Shown: positions 24,641 through 32,743 of the stretch, one piece after another | How positions within the stretch are numbered: position 1 is the stretch's first letter | Layout: each line of letters starts with the position of its first letter | Source: Chloroflexota bacterium | Lineage (GTDB): Bacteria > Chloroflexota > Limnocylindria > P2-11E | NCBI GenBank assembly: GCA_016194865.1 | Contig: JACQAT010000009.1 | Coordinates: 86,473-150,472 of the forward strand | Direction: 5' to 3' | Length of the DNA stretch: 64,000 bases | The notes under the pieces: model-generated | The model's database searches: none | The model's input: the letters and a program-made list of their open reading frames with translations, nothing else | What the model was told of the DNA's origin: nothing | Position numbers and translations under genes: made by a program

Positions 24641-24975
24641 GCGTAGAAGAGCCCGGCGACAAGGATCGCGATGAAGATGACCATCTCCACCAGCCCGTAC
24701 CAGCCCAGCGTGCGGAAGAGGACCGCCCAGGGGAACAGGAAGACGACCTCGACGTCGAAGACGACGAACAGGAGCGCGAACACGTAGAAGTGCGTCGGAT
24801 AGCGGCCCCAGGCCTGGCCCACCGGCTCCTCACCCGATTCGTACGTCTTGAGCTTCTCGAGGGAGGGCTTCCGGGGGGCGATGAAGCGCGACAGCGTCAG
24901 GAGGATGGTCACGAAGATGGCCGCGAACGCGAAGAACGCGAACACGTAGAAATACGACAGGTTGTAGTCGGGCAC
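24610..24975 (-). CDS. nuoA: NADH-quinone oxidoreductase subunit A
   Basis: GTG start, 121 aa. Contains [31 protein letters not shown]. Confidence 0.9.
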   Translation of the reverse strand: MPDYNLSYFYVFAFFAFAAIFVTILLTLSRFIAPRKPSLEKLKTYESGEEPVGQAWGRYPTHFYVFALLFVVFDVEVVFLFPWAVLFRTLGWYGLVEMVIFIAILVAGLFYAWRKGALRWY

Positions 24976-25096
24976 TCACGCCCTAGCGTACGAACGGCCT
25001 TCAGGGTGAGCAAACCGAAGCGGGCGAGCATGTGGTCGTTCAGGGGGGTCCGCGGGGGAACTTCCGACATGGGACCGAGATGGCCCCGTTGCGTGG

Positions 25097-25126
25097 TTGA
25101 CACATCCGCCGGAGCCGGGGTACGGT
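25097..25126 (+). promoter_or_regulatory. Candidate promoter: -35 TTGACA (25097-25102), 18-nt spacer, -10 TACGGT (25121-25126)
   Basis: Hexamers read directly, about 110 nt upstream of the LysM/M23 gene start. Confidence 0.35.
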
Positions 25127-25237
25127 GCGCCAGTCTCACCTCACCCTGTACGTGTTCCGTACAGCATTGCCCAGGGGGAAGGGCGTGATGAGGCCGAGAA
25201 CAACGAATCCACGAGAGCGCAAGGGGAGGCAACGGTA

Positions 25238-26377
25238 TTGGGGGCAGAGTCCCGACGTGCACACGCGACACCGTCGCCGCGGCGCATCGTGCAGCGCTAC
25301 GACCGCCGGGTCCGTGACCGTCTCGACCGCTCTCGTGCCGAGATCCGCGCCGAGCTGCATGCGCTCCGCATCGCGCTCGACCCCGCCAAGCTCCGGTCCT
25401 TCCTTGGTCTCCGAGGCCTTCGCCTCGCGCTGAACGTCGGCGTGGCGGTGCTCGTGGTGTCGCTGCCGCTCGCGGCGACCGCCGCGTCGCAGCCCGTTAC
25501 CGATGGGCTCGTCGCGAGCCAACAGCTCGCCGTCGACCCCGGTCGCGCGACGACCGTCGCCCGCGGCGGCATCATCTCCGCCGGCCGCGAGCCGGTCACG
25601 GTCCAGGCCCCCGGCCTGGCTCCCATTCGCGAGCAGGTGATCGGCAAGAACGATTCGCTCGGCAGCATGGCCAACTTCTACGGCGTGTCACCTGAGGCGA
25701 TCGCGTACGCGAACGGCATCACCGACCCGTCCCACATCGAGCTGGGACGGGCCCTGCGCATCCCGCCGGCCGATGGCGCGCTCTACACCGTCGTCGCCGG
25801 CGACACCGTGGAATCGGTCGCGGCGCGCTTCAAGGTCGACGCGGCGGTGGTCATGGACTACAACCGCCTCTACTTCGAGCCGGAGCACTTCGCTCCCGGT
25901 CAGCTCGTATTCGTTCCGGGTGCGACGCTCCCTGGGCTCGTGTACATCGCGGCCGAGCCGGATCCCGAGCCCGCTCCGACCGTCATTGCCCGCCCCGTGC
26001 GCGCGCCGGCCGCACCCGCGGCTCGCACCGGGCGTCTCGCGTGGCCGGTGGGCGGAGTGATCACCCAGTACTTCTGGGCAGGCCACACGGGCGTCGATAT
26101 CGCCGCCCCCTTCGGCACCGGTATCGCGGCATCGGAGGATGGCGTCGTCACCGCGACCGGATTGGTGCCGGTGGGCGGCATTCGCGTTTGCCTGAAGCAC
26201 GCCGACGGGCTCGAGACCTGCTACTACCACACGCACAGGGTCTACGTGGAGCCAGGCAATACGGTCGTCCGCGGCCAGATCATCGCCATCATCGGCATGA
26301 CCGGTGTCACCACCGGTCCCCACGTCCACTGGGAATGCAAGAAGAACGGCGTTCTCCTGAACTGTCTCGCGCAGTAG
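25238..26377 (+). CDS. LysM-domain M23 peptidase (cell-wall endopeptidase)
   Basis: TTG at 25238 lies 8 nt after AAGGGGAGG. TM segment, two LysM-like repeats (DSLGSMANFYGVSPEAIAYANGI and YTVVAGDTVESVAARFKVDAAVVMDYN), and an M23 domain HTGVDIAAPFGTGIAASEDG...GMTGVTTGPHVHWE. Confidence 0.85.
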   Translation: MGAESRRAHATPSPRRIVQRYDRRVRDRLDRSRAEIRAELHALRIALDPAKLRSFLGLRGLRLALNVGVAVLVVSLPLAATAASQPVTDGLVASQQLAVDPGRATTVARGGIISAGREPVTVQAPGLAPIREQVIGKNDSLGSMANFYGVSPEAIAYANGITDPSHIELGRALRIPPADGALYTVVAGDTVESVAARFKVDAAVVMDYNRLYFEPEHFAPGQLVFVPGATLPGLVYIAAEPDPEPAPTVIARPVRAPAAPAARTGRLAWPVGGVITQYFWAGHTGVDIAAPFGTGIAASEDGVVTATGLVPVGGIRVCLKHADGLETCYYHTHRVYVEPGNTVVRGQIIAIIGMTGVTTGPHVHWECKKNGVLLNCLAQ

Positions 26378-26406
26378 GTATCCCGCCTCCGCTGGGGTGG
26401 TAGCAC

Positions 26407-26443
26407 GAATGGGCCCGGGTCGACCGGGCCCATTCCTTTTTTT
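26407..26443 (+). terminator. Rho-independent terminator
   Basis: 12-bp perfect stem GAATGGGCCCGG / CCGGGCCCATTC with loop GTCGA, followed by C and then seven T. Confidence 0.85.
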
Positions 26444-26461
26444 GTTCCGCTGGTCCCGGCC

Positions 26462-27688
26462 ATGCCCGACCGCCGGCGGCCCAATACTGGTCTGATGCTC
26501 TCCGCAGTCCACAGCGACCGCTCCGGCCGCGTGTTCGTTTCCGGCGACTACCTGGCCGCCGGCTACGACGGCGCGGGACGGGTGGCGCTCACCGACACGA
26601 TCCCGCTCCCGGCCGACGCGCGCCTCGTCCCCTTCCCGCGCGACGCGGAGGGCTTCGACCGAGGCGGTCGCCCACGACCGCTCGGGCGCGATCGCTGGGC
26701 CCTGGCCGCGGTCCTCCCGGCGGGCCACACGCGCACCCATCACCCCGCGTACCGCGACGACCCGGCGGCGAGCGCGCTCGAGCCTCTCCCGTACACCGCG
26801 CTCGCGGCCGGTCCTGACGGTGGGCTGCGCGTCGCCGCGACGATGACCGGTCGCGCCGCTGCTGGACCGGTGGCCGACATCGACGCGCTCGTTCGCGCGG
26901 GGCTCCGCGCGCACCCCTCGAACAAGCTGGTCAAGCAGCTCGCGCGGTGCGCGCGCGACTACGGCTGCGCCGGCGCCCGCCAGGCGTTCGCGGGGACCGG
27001 ATGCGCCGCCATCACCGTCGCGTCGCCGCCCGCCGAGCGCGCCCCCGATGTCGTCGCGCCGCGCTGGACCGCGGACGAGCTTCCCAGCGAGACAAGCGCG
27101 TTCACGCCGACGGCCCGCGAGATCGCCGAGCTCGCGAGCGCGCACCTGCAGGCCGGTGGCAGCTGCGTGTCGTTCGGCCGCGCGTGCGAGGGCGAGCCGC
27201 TCGCATCGGTGCGCGTCATCGAGGACGCGGTCCGCGCGATCCGCGCGTCGTTCGCCACGGCGCGCATCCATCTGGAGACGAGCGGCTCCGCGCCCGCCGC
27301 GCTGCGACGCCTGGCGCATAGCGGCGTCAGCGCGGTCACGATCCGCCTCGCCTCGGCGCGCTCGGAGACCTACGAGCTGCTCCACGGACCCACAGCGCAT
27401 CGCTGGGGCGACGTGCGCGCGAGCCTCCAGGCCGCGAGTGAGCTCGGCCTCGAGCTCGAGATCGCGCTGCTCGTGCTGCCGGGGCTCACCGATCGCCCGA
27501 GCGAGCTCGAGACGCTCGTGGAGCTGCTGGGAACGCTGCCGCGCGCGACGCTCGCGCTCCGCGATCTCGCCGCGGATCCGCTCCGCGCGCTGGCGCTCGT
27601 ACCGACGCGCGAGAAGCCGGTCGGCATCGCCGGTGCCTTCGCGCGTCTGCGCGCCGACGTTCCGACCGCGGTCGGGGCGCGCGCGTGA
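26462..27688 (+). CDS. Radical-SAM-fold-like protein lacking a canonical CxxxCxxC motif
   Basis: The core resembles radical SAM TIM-barrel blocks (FGRACEGEPL, HLETSGS, TIRLAS, LLVLPGLTD). The only Cys cluster upstream is CARDYGC-x11-C. The stop overlaps the obg start (GTGA). Confidence 0.45.
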   Translation: MPDRRRPNTGLMLSAVHSDRSGRVFVSGDYLAAGYDGAGRVALTDTIPLPADARLVPFPRDAEGFDRGGRPRPLGRDRWALAAVLPAGHTRTHHPAYRDDPAASALEPLPYTALAAGPDGGLRVAATMTGRAAAGPVADIDALVRAGLRAHPSNKLVKQLARCARDYGCAGARQAFAGTGCAAITVASPPAERAPDVVAPRWTADELPSETSAFTPTAREIAELASAHLQAGGSCVSFGRACEGEPLASVRVIEDAVRAIRASFATARIHLETSGSAPAALRRLAHSGVSAVTIRLASARSETYELLHGPTAHRWGDVRASLQAASELGLELEIALLVLPGLTDRPSELETLVELLGTLPRATLALRDLAADPLRALALVPTREKPVGIAGAFARLRADVPTAVGARA

Positions 27689-28950
27689 GCGAGTTCGTCG
27701 ATCGGGTCCGTCTGCGCGTGAAGGGCGGCGATGGCGGTAGCGGCATGATCTCGTTCCGCCGCGAGGCACACGTGCCGCGCGGCGGGCCCGATGGCGGTGA
27801 TGGTGGGCGCGGCGGCAGCGTCGTGCTGTCGGTCGATCCGGGACTCACCACGCTCGCCGAGCTGCGCTTCGCGCGCGAGCACGCGGCGCCGGATGGGGCG
27901 GATGGGTCGAAGAAGGATCGCTCCGGGAAGCGCGGCGCCGATCTGGTGCTGCGGGTCCCGCCGGGCACGATCGTCCGCGATCGCGCGAGCGGCGAGACCG
28001 TCGTCGACATGGTCGGCCCCGGCGACGAGGTCGTCATCGCGCGCGGCGGTCGCGGTGGCCGTGGGAACGCGCGCTTCGCGACGAGCGTCCGCCGCGTCCC
28101 GCGCATCGCCGAGGACGGCGAGCCCGGCGAGAGCCGCGAGCTCGAGCTGGAGCTGAAGCTCATCGCCGACATCGGTCTCGTCGGCCTTCCGAATGCCGGC
28201 AAGTCGTCGCTGCTCGCCGCGTTGACGCGCGCGACCCCCAAGATCGCGGCCTACCCGTTCACGACCCTCGTCCCGAATCTGGGCGTCGCCCGCCTCGAGG
28301 AGCGCGAGCTCGTGCTCGCGGACATCCCGGGGCTCATCGAGGGTGCGCACGATGGCGTCGGACTCGGCGAGGAGTTCCTGCGTCACATCGAGCGCACGCG
28401 GCTCATCGTGCACGTCGTCGATGCCGCGGCGGAGGACCCGCTCGCCGATATCCGGATCCTCGAGCAGGAGCTGCGGCTCCACGGTCACGGCCTGCTCGAG
28501 CTCCCACGGATGTACGCGCTCAACAAGATGGATCTGCCCGACGCGCGCGAGCACCTGCCGCTGCTGCAGGAGCACCTCGGCGAGGGAACGCTGCCGATCT
28601 CGGCGGCGACCGGCGAGGGCGTGCCCGCGGTCCTGAAGCGCATCTTCGCGCTCTGCGGGCCCCGGGCGGTCGAGACGACGGCGCCCGCGGTGCGGCGGAT
28701 CACGCTGTCGGAGGCGGGCCGCGGCTGGACGATCGTGCGCGAGGGCGAGGGCTATCGCGTGCGGGACGGGCGCCTGGAGCGCCTCGCGTCGGGCCTCGAC
28801 TGGGCCGACCCCGACGCCTCCGCGTACTTCCACCGTCTCCTCGTCCGCACCGGCGTCGACCGCGCGCTCCGCGCGAAGGGCGTGAAGACCGGCGACACGG
28901 TGAAGATCGGCAAGCGCGAGCTCGAGTGGAGCGAGGCACCCACCGTTTGA
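27685..28950 (+). CDS. obg: GTPase Obg/CgtA
   Basis: Obg fold FVDRVRLRVKGGDGGSGMISFRREAHVPRGGPDGGDGGRGGSV. G1 motif GLPNAGKSSLL and G3 motif DIPGLIEGA. Confidence 0.93.
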   Translation: MSEFVDRVRLRVKGGDGGSGMISFRREAHVPRGGPDGGDGGRGGSVVLSVDPGLTTLAELRFAREHAAPDGADGSKKDRSGKRGADLVLRVPPGTIVRDRASGETVVDMVGPGDEVVIARGGRGGRGNARFATSVRRVPRIAEDGEPGESRELELELKLIADIGLVGLPNAGKSSLLAALTRATPKIAAYPFTTLVPNLGVARLEERELVLADIPGLIEGAHDGVGLGEEFLRHIERTRLIVHVVDAAAEDPLADIRILEQELRLHGHGLLELPRMYALNKMDLPDAREHLPLLQEHLGEGTLPISAATGEGVPAVLKRIFALCGPRAVETTAPAVRRITLSEAGRGWTIVREGEGYRVRDGRLERLASGLDWADPDASAYFHRLLVRTGVDRALRAKGVKTGDTVKIGKRELEWSEAPTV

Positions 28951-29543
28951 GCCGGCTCGGCATCTTCGGTGGAACCTTCGATCCGGTCCACGTCGGCCAC
29001 CTCGCGATCGCCTCGGCCGCGCTCGAGTCGGTCCCGCTGGATCGCGTCCTGTTCGTCCCCGCGAAGCGCTCGCCCCTCAAGGACCGCCTCCCGCTCGCGT
29101 CGGAGGCGGATCGGCTCACCATGCTCGAGGCGGCCATCGCCGGCGAGCCGCGCTTCTCGGTGTCGCGGGCCGAGCTCGAACGTGAGGGCCCGTCGTATAC
29201 CGCGGACACCCTCGAGCGCCTCGCGGGCCGGGTCGAGCAGGACCAGCTGTTCCTCATCCTTGGCGGCGACGCGGTCGTCGATTTCGAGCGCTGGCACCGA
29301 CCGGACCGCATCGTCCAGCTCGCGACGCTGCTCGTCGCGGCGCGGCCGGGCGCGCCCGATCCGGTCGAGGGCGAGCGCCGGCTCGTCTTCGACGCGCCGC
29401 GTCTCGATATCAGCTCACGCGAGCTCCGCGCGCGTGCCCTGCGCGGACGCTCCCTGCGGTACCTTGTTCCCGACGCCGTGTGGCGTCACATCGAAGAGCA
29501 CGGGCTCTATCGCGCGATGGAGACGACGCCTCGAACGACCTGA
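28926..29543 (+). CDS. nadD: Nicotinate-nucleotide adenylyltransferase
   Basis: Contains GIFGGTFDPVHVGHL (the (H/T)xGH motif) and ISSRELR. Start is GTG 28926, or TTG 28947 which overlaps the obg stop. Confidence 0.88.
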   Translation: MERGTHRLSRLGIFGGTFDPVHVGHLAIASAALESVPLDRVLFVPAKRSPLKDRLPLASEADRLTMLEAAIAGEPRFSVSRAELEREGPSYTADTLERLAGRVEQDQLFLILGGDAVVDFERWHRPDRIVQLATLLVAARPGAPDPVEGERRLVFDAPRLDISSRELRARALRGRSLRYLVPDAVWRHIEEHGLYRAMETTPRTT

Positions 29544-29884
29544 GCCCACGCGCCCTCGCCGATCTCGCCGTCGAAGCCGCCAGCGACAAGAAGGCGGAGG
29601 ACGTCGTCGTCATGAACGTCGCGGAGCTCACGACGATCGCGGATCTGTTCGTCATCTGCAGCGGTCGCAGCGAGCGCCAGGTGCAGGGCATCGCGGACGG
29701 CATCATCGAGAAGGCGACCGTCGCCGGCTGGAAGCCCGTCGGCGTCGAGGGCTACAACGCCGGCCGCTGGGTGCTCATCGATCTCGGCGCCGTCATCGTC
29801 CACGCCTTCGTGCCCGAAGAGCGCGAGCTGTATCGGCTCGAGCGGCTCTGGGGCGACGCGCCGATCGTCCTCAAGCTGGCGTAG
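29480..29884 (+). CDS. rsfS: Ribosome silencing factor RsfS (iojap family)
   Basis: Contains AASDKKAEDVVVMNVAELTTIADLFVICSGRSERQVQGIAD...WVLIDLGAVIVHAF..EERELYRLERLW. The GTG start overlaps the nadD 3' end. Confidence 0.88.
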   Translation: MASHRRARALSRDGDDASNDLSPRALADLAVEAASDKKAEDVVVMNVAELTTIADLFVICSGRSERQVQGIADGIIEKATVAGWKPVGVEGYNAGRWVLIDLGAVIVHAFVPEERELYRLERLWGDAPIVLKLA

Positions 29885-30746
29885 GCGCAGGGGTCCGCAC
29901 GCGGCGCGTGGCGAGCAGCGACCCGGCCAGGATGAGCGCGAAGCCGCTGACGATCCCGATCGTGAGCGGCTCGCCGAGCAGCGCCACACCGAGCACCAGC
30001 GCGACCGCGGGATTGAAGTAGGTGATGACGGTCGCGCGCGTCGACCCGACCTCCGCGATGAGCGCGAAGAACACCTGGAACGCGACCGCCGTGCACACCA
30101 CGCCGAGCACGACCAGCGAGAGCGACGCACCAGATGAGAGCGGTGCCGTTGGGAGATGGGTCAGGCCGTATGGCATGAACAGCAGCGCGGTCACGGCGAC
30201 CGACAGCGCGATGACGCCCTCGCTCGGCACCTGCCGCAGCTCACGCGAGATGAGGAGCGCACCGATCGCGTACCCCAGCACGACGAGGCCGAGCTCGCCG
30301 ACGGCGACGTAGTCATCGGTCGAGACGTCGAGGCCCACCAGCACGGCGACGCCGGCGAGGCCGATGACCAGCCCGATCACGCGCCGTACATCCAGGCGAT
30401 CGGCGCCGCCGGTCAGACGGCTCAGCAGCGCGTTGACCAGCGGCACGCCCGCGACCAGCAGGCCGGCGAGGGAGCTCGACAGACGCGTCTCCGCATGGAA
30501 CAGCAGGACCCACGGCCCGGCCACCTCGACGAGCGTGTAGAAGAGGATGACGCGCCAGTACGGCAGCGCCGCGCGCACGCGCCCTCGCGCGATGGCGATC
30601 GGCAGCAGGATCAGCGCGGCCAGCCCGGTGCGCAGGAAGACGAGCGTCGCCGGGTCCAGCTCGCCGACCGCGATCTTGATGAAGAGGTACGGGATCCCCC
30701 AGATCACCGACATCGCGACGAACAGCACCCAGCCGCGACGTGTCAC
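29871..30746 (-). CDS. EamA/DMT-family transporter
   Basis: Ten predicted TM segments in two EamA-like halves. N-terminus is WVLFVAMSVIWGIPYLFIKIAV. Confidence 0.8.
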   Translation of the reverse strand: MTRRGWVLFVAMSVIWGIPYLFIKIAVGELDPATLVFLRTGLAALILLPIAIARGRVRAALPYWRVILFYTLVEVAGPWVLLFHAETRLSSSLAGLLVAGVPLVNALLSRLTGGADRLDVRRVIGLVIGLAGVAVLVGLDVSTDDYVAVGELGLVVLGYAIGALLISRELRQVPSEGVIALSVAVTALLFMPYGLTHLPTAPLSSGASLSLVVLGVVCTAVAFQVFFALIAEVGSTRATVITYFNPAVALVLGVALLGEPLTIGIVSGFALILAGSLLATRRVRTPAPTPA

Positions 30747-30818
30747 GGACGTACGCTTCCTGGCATGCCGTGAGCCTACCGGCGCTGCGCGTCGCGCGAC
30801 ACCTCACGCGATACGGTT

Positions 30819-32312
30819 CTAGGGCTTCGGCGACCCCGCGGGCGCGTCGTTGAGCGTGTAGACCTTGATCTTGCTGACGGAGAAGCCACCCTTCGTCGCG
30901 TTCCCGCCGATGATCAGGCCGGTCTGCGCGGTGCCCGGCGGTACCGGCACCTTGGGCTCGACGACGTCCCCGATCAGCGCGCCGTCGAGGAAGGCACGGA
31001 ATCGCGTGCCATCGACCGCGACGGCGAGGCGGAGCACGCGGCCCTTCGTCACGCCGGGGATCGCGACCGCGCTCGGGATCAACGAGGTGATGCGCGCCGG
31101 TGTCACCGTCATGTCGCGCAATTGCAGGCGAAGCAGCTCATTGACCGGGTCGATGATCAGATCGACCCCCATCGTGCCGCTGGCGCGAAGCGACCAGTTG
31201 AACTGCCCCTCCGTGCCGGCCCGGGTCGCGAGCTCGAGCTCCGCGAGGTAGCGCGTCGGGATGCTGCGGTTGAAGCGGATCGGCGCGTATTCGCCCGGCG
31301 CGACGAGGTCGATCACGTCGCCGCGCGGCGCGACGTTCGCGGTCGGTCGCGCGCCGCTCGCCAACGGTGGCGGCGTCGCGAGGTCCCGCGGGATGACCGG
31401 CTCGTACGCGAGCGCTCCGCGGAGCTGCGCGAGCGGGTCGATCGTCACGGCGGCGTCGTTCAAGGCGTAGATGCGCAGCGCGTTCACGGAGAACTGTCCG
31501 CGTGGCACGGACGCGCCGATGTTGAGGTTGGTCGTATTGGTGTCGGCCACGCTGATGCGCGCGTCCGTGACGTCGGCGGCGAGCTCGCCGCCGGTGAAGA
31601 CGCGGTAGCGGCTCCCATCGACCGCGATCGCGAGCTGGAGCGACTGACCCTTCAGGATCCCTGTGGCCGGGATCGCGTTCGCGACCAATTGCGTGACCCG
31701 GGTCGGCTGCACGCTGCTGTCGACGTGCTGCATGCGGATGAGCTCGCTCCCGAGATCGAGGACGACCTGATAGGCCTGCGGGCCGACGGACCGCATCGTG
31801 TAGGTGAACGTGCCCTGCGTGGCCGGCTGCGCGGCCAGCTCCATCTCCGCGAGGTACTTCGCCGGGATCGCGCGCGGGAGCAGCAGCGGGACGAACCCGC
31901 CCGGACCCATGATGTCCACGCCATCCGGGCGGCTCTTCAGCTGGGCGCTGGGCTGCGCGCCGCTCGGCAGCGGACGAGCGGTGCCGAGATCCGAGGGGAA
32001 GGAAACGTCGAACGCCAGGCGGCCCTTCAGCTGCGTGATCAGCGGAACGGCGGACGGCGCGGCGGACTGGGTCGCCGGGTCGGCGGTGCGGTCGCGCGTG
32101 GCGAGGAAGCCTCCCGTGAGGATGCTGGCCGCGGCGGCGCCGATCGCCGCGACGTTGCGGACGGTCGTGAAGACCTGCTGGCCAACACGCACGGTGCTCT
32201 TCGCGCGCTCGTGACGCGCGACGCTCACGACCTTGCGGATCGGATCCATAAGGCGCTTAGGGTATCGCTCGCTTTCACGCCCACCCATCCTCAGAAGAGT
32301 CAAATGGGCCAT
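30819..32312 (-). CDS. Membrane-anchored protein with two tandem ~190-aa jelly-roll/LamG-like repeats, hypothetical
   Basis: One TM helix (AAIGAAAASILTGGFLA). Two homologous halves each end in ...RLAVAVDG(T/S)R(F/Y)R.F..G....DV...GGFSV..(I/L)(K/R)(V/I)Y(T/A)LND. The start is ambiguous (32312 or 32249). Confidence 0.6.
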   Translation of the reverse strand: MAHLTLLRMGGRESERYPKRLMDPIRKVVSVARHERAKSTVRVGQQVFTTVRNVAAIGAAAASILTGGFLATRDRTADPATQSAAPSAVPLITQLKGRLAFDVSFPSDLGTARPLPSGAQPSAQLKSRPDGVDIMGPGGFVPLLLPRAIPAKYLAEMELAAQPATQGTFTYTMRSVGPQAYQVVLDLGSELIRMQHVDSSVQPTRVTQLVANAIPATGILKGQSLQLAIAVDGSRYRVFTGGELAADVTDARISVADTNTTNLNIGASVPRGQFSVNALRIYALNDAAVTIDPLAQLRGALAYEPVIPRDLATPPPLASGARPTANVAPRGDVIDLVAPGEYAPIRFNRSIPTRYLAELELATRAGTEGQFNWSLRASGTMGVDLIIDPVNELLRLQLRDMTVTPARITSLIPSAVAIPGVTKGRVLRLAVAVDGTRFRAFLDGALIGDVVEPKVPVPPGTAQTGLIIGGNATKGGFSVSKIKVYTLNDAPAGSPKP

Positions 32313-32438
32313 TTCCGCTACGCTTGCTGCTCATCCGGTGCGTCGTTCGCGCTGCTCGCTTCGGGGCTGTGTCCGGCGACCTTCCTCGGTCGCTTCGCTC
32401 CCTCGGGGTCGCTCGCAGCCCGAACGGCGAAGCCGTTC

Positions 32439-32512
<74 letters not shown>

Positions 32513-32620
32513 AAACGCTAGGAAGCCGAGCGAGGGAGCTTGCTCACTCGCGAGGCGACGACGCGGTTGTACGAGCGGAGCGAGTACAGGGCCGGGAGCC
32601 CGAGCGTTTGGAGAGCACCC

Positions 32621-32743
32621 GTGAGTCGTTGGATCGATGATCCGGAGAAGCAGGCGAACGTCGCGTTCGCGCTGATCTTCGTCGCCATCCTCTTCGTCGG
32701 AGGGATCACCATCTGGCTCTTCTACGGCGGCGCCTTCCAGTGA
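32621..32743 (+). CDS. Small membrane protein (40 aa), hypothetical
   Basis: GTG at 32621 follows GGAGAG. One TM helix (VAFALIFVAILFVGGITIWLFY). The stop overlaps the aldehyde dehydrogenase start (GTGA). Confidence 0.4.
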   Translation: MSRWIDDPEKQANVAFALIFVAILFVGGITIWLFYGGAFQ

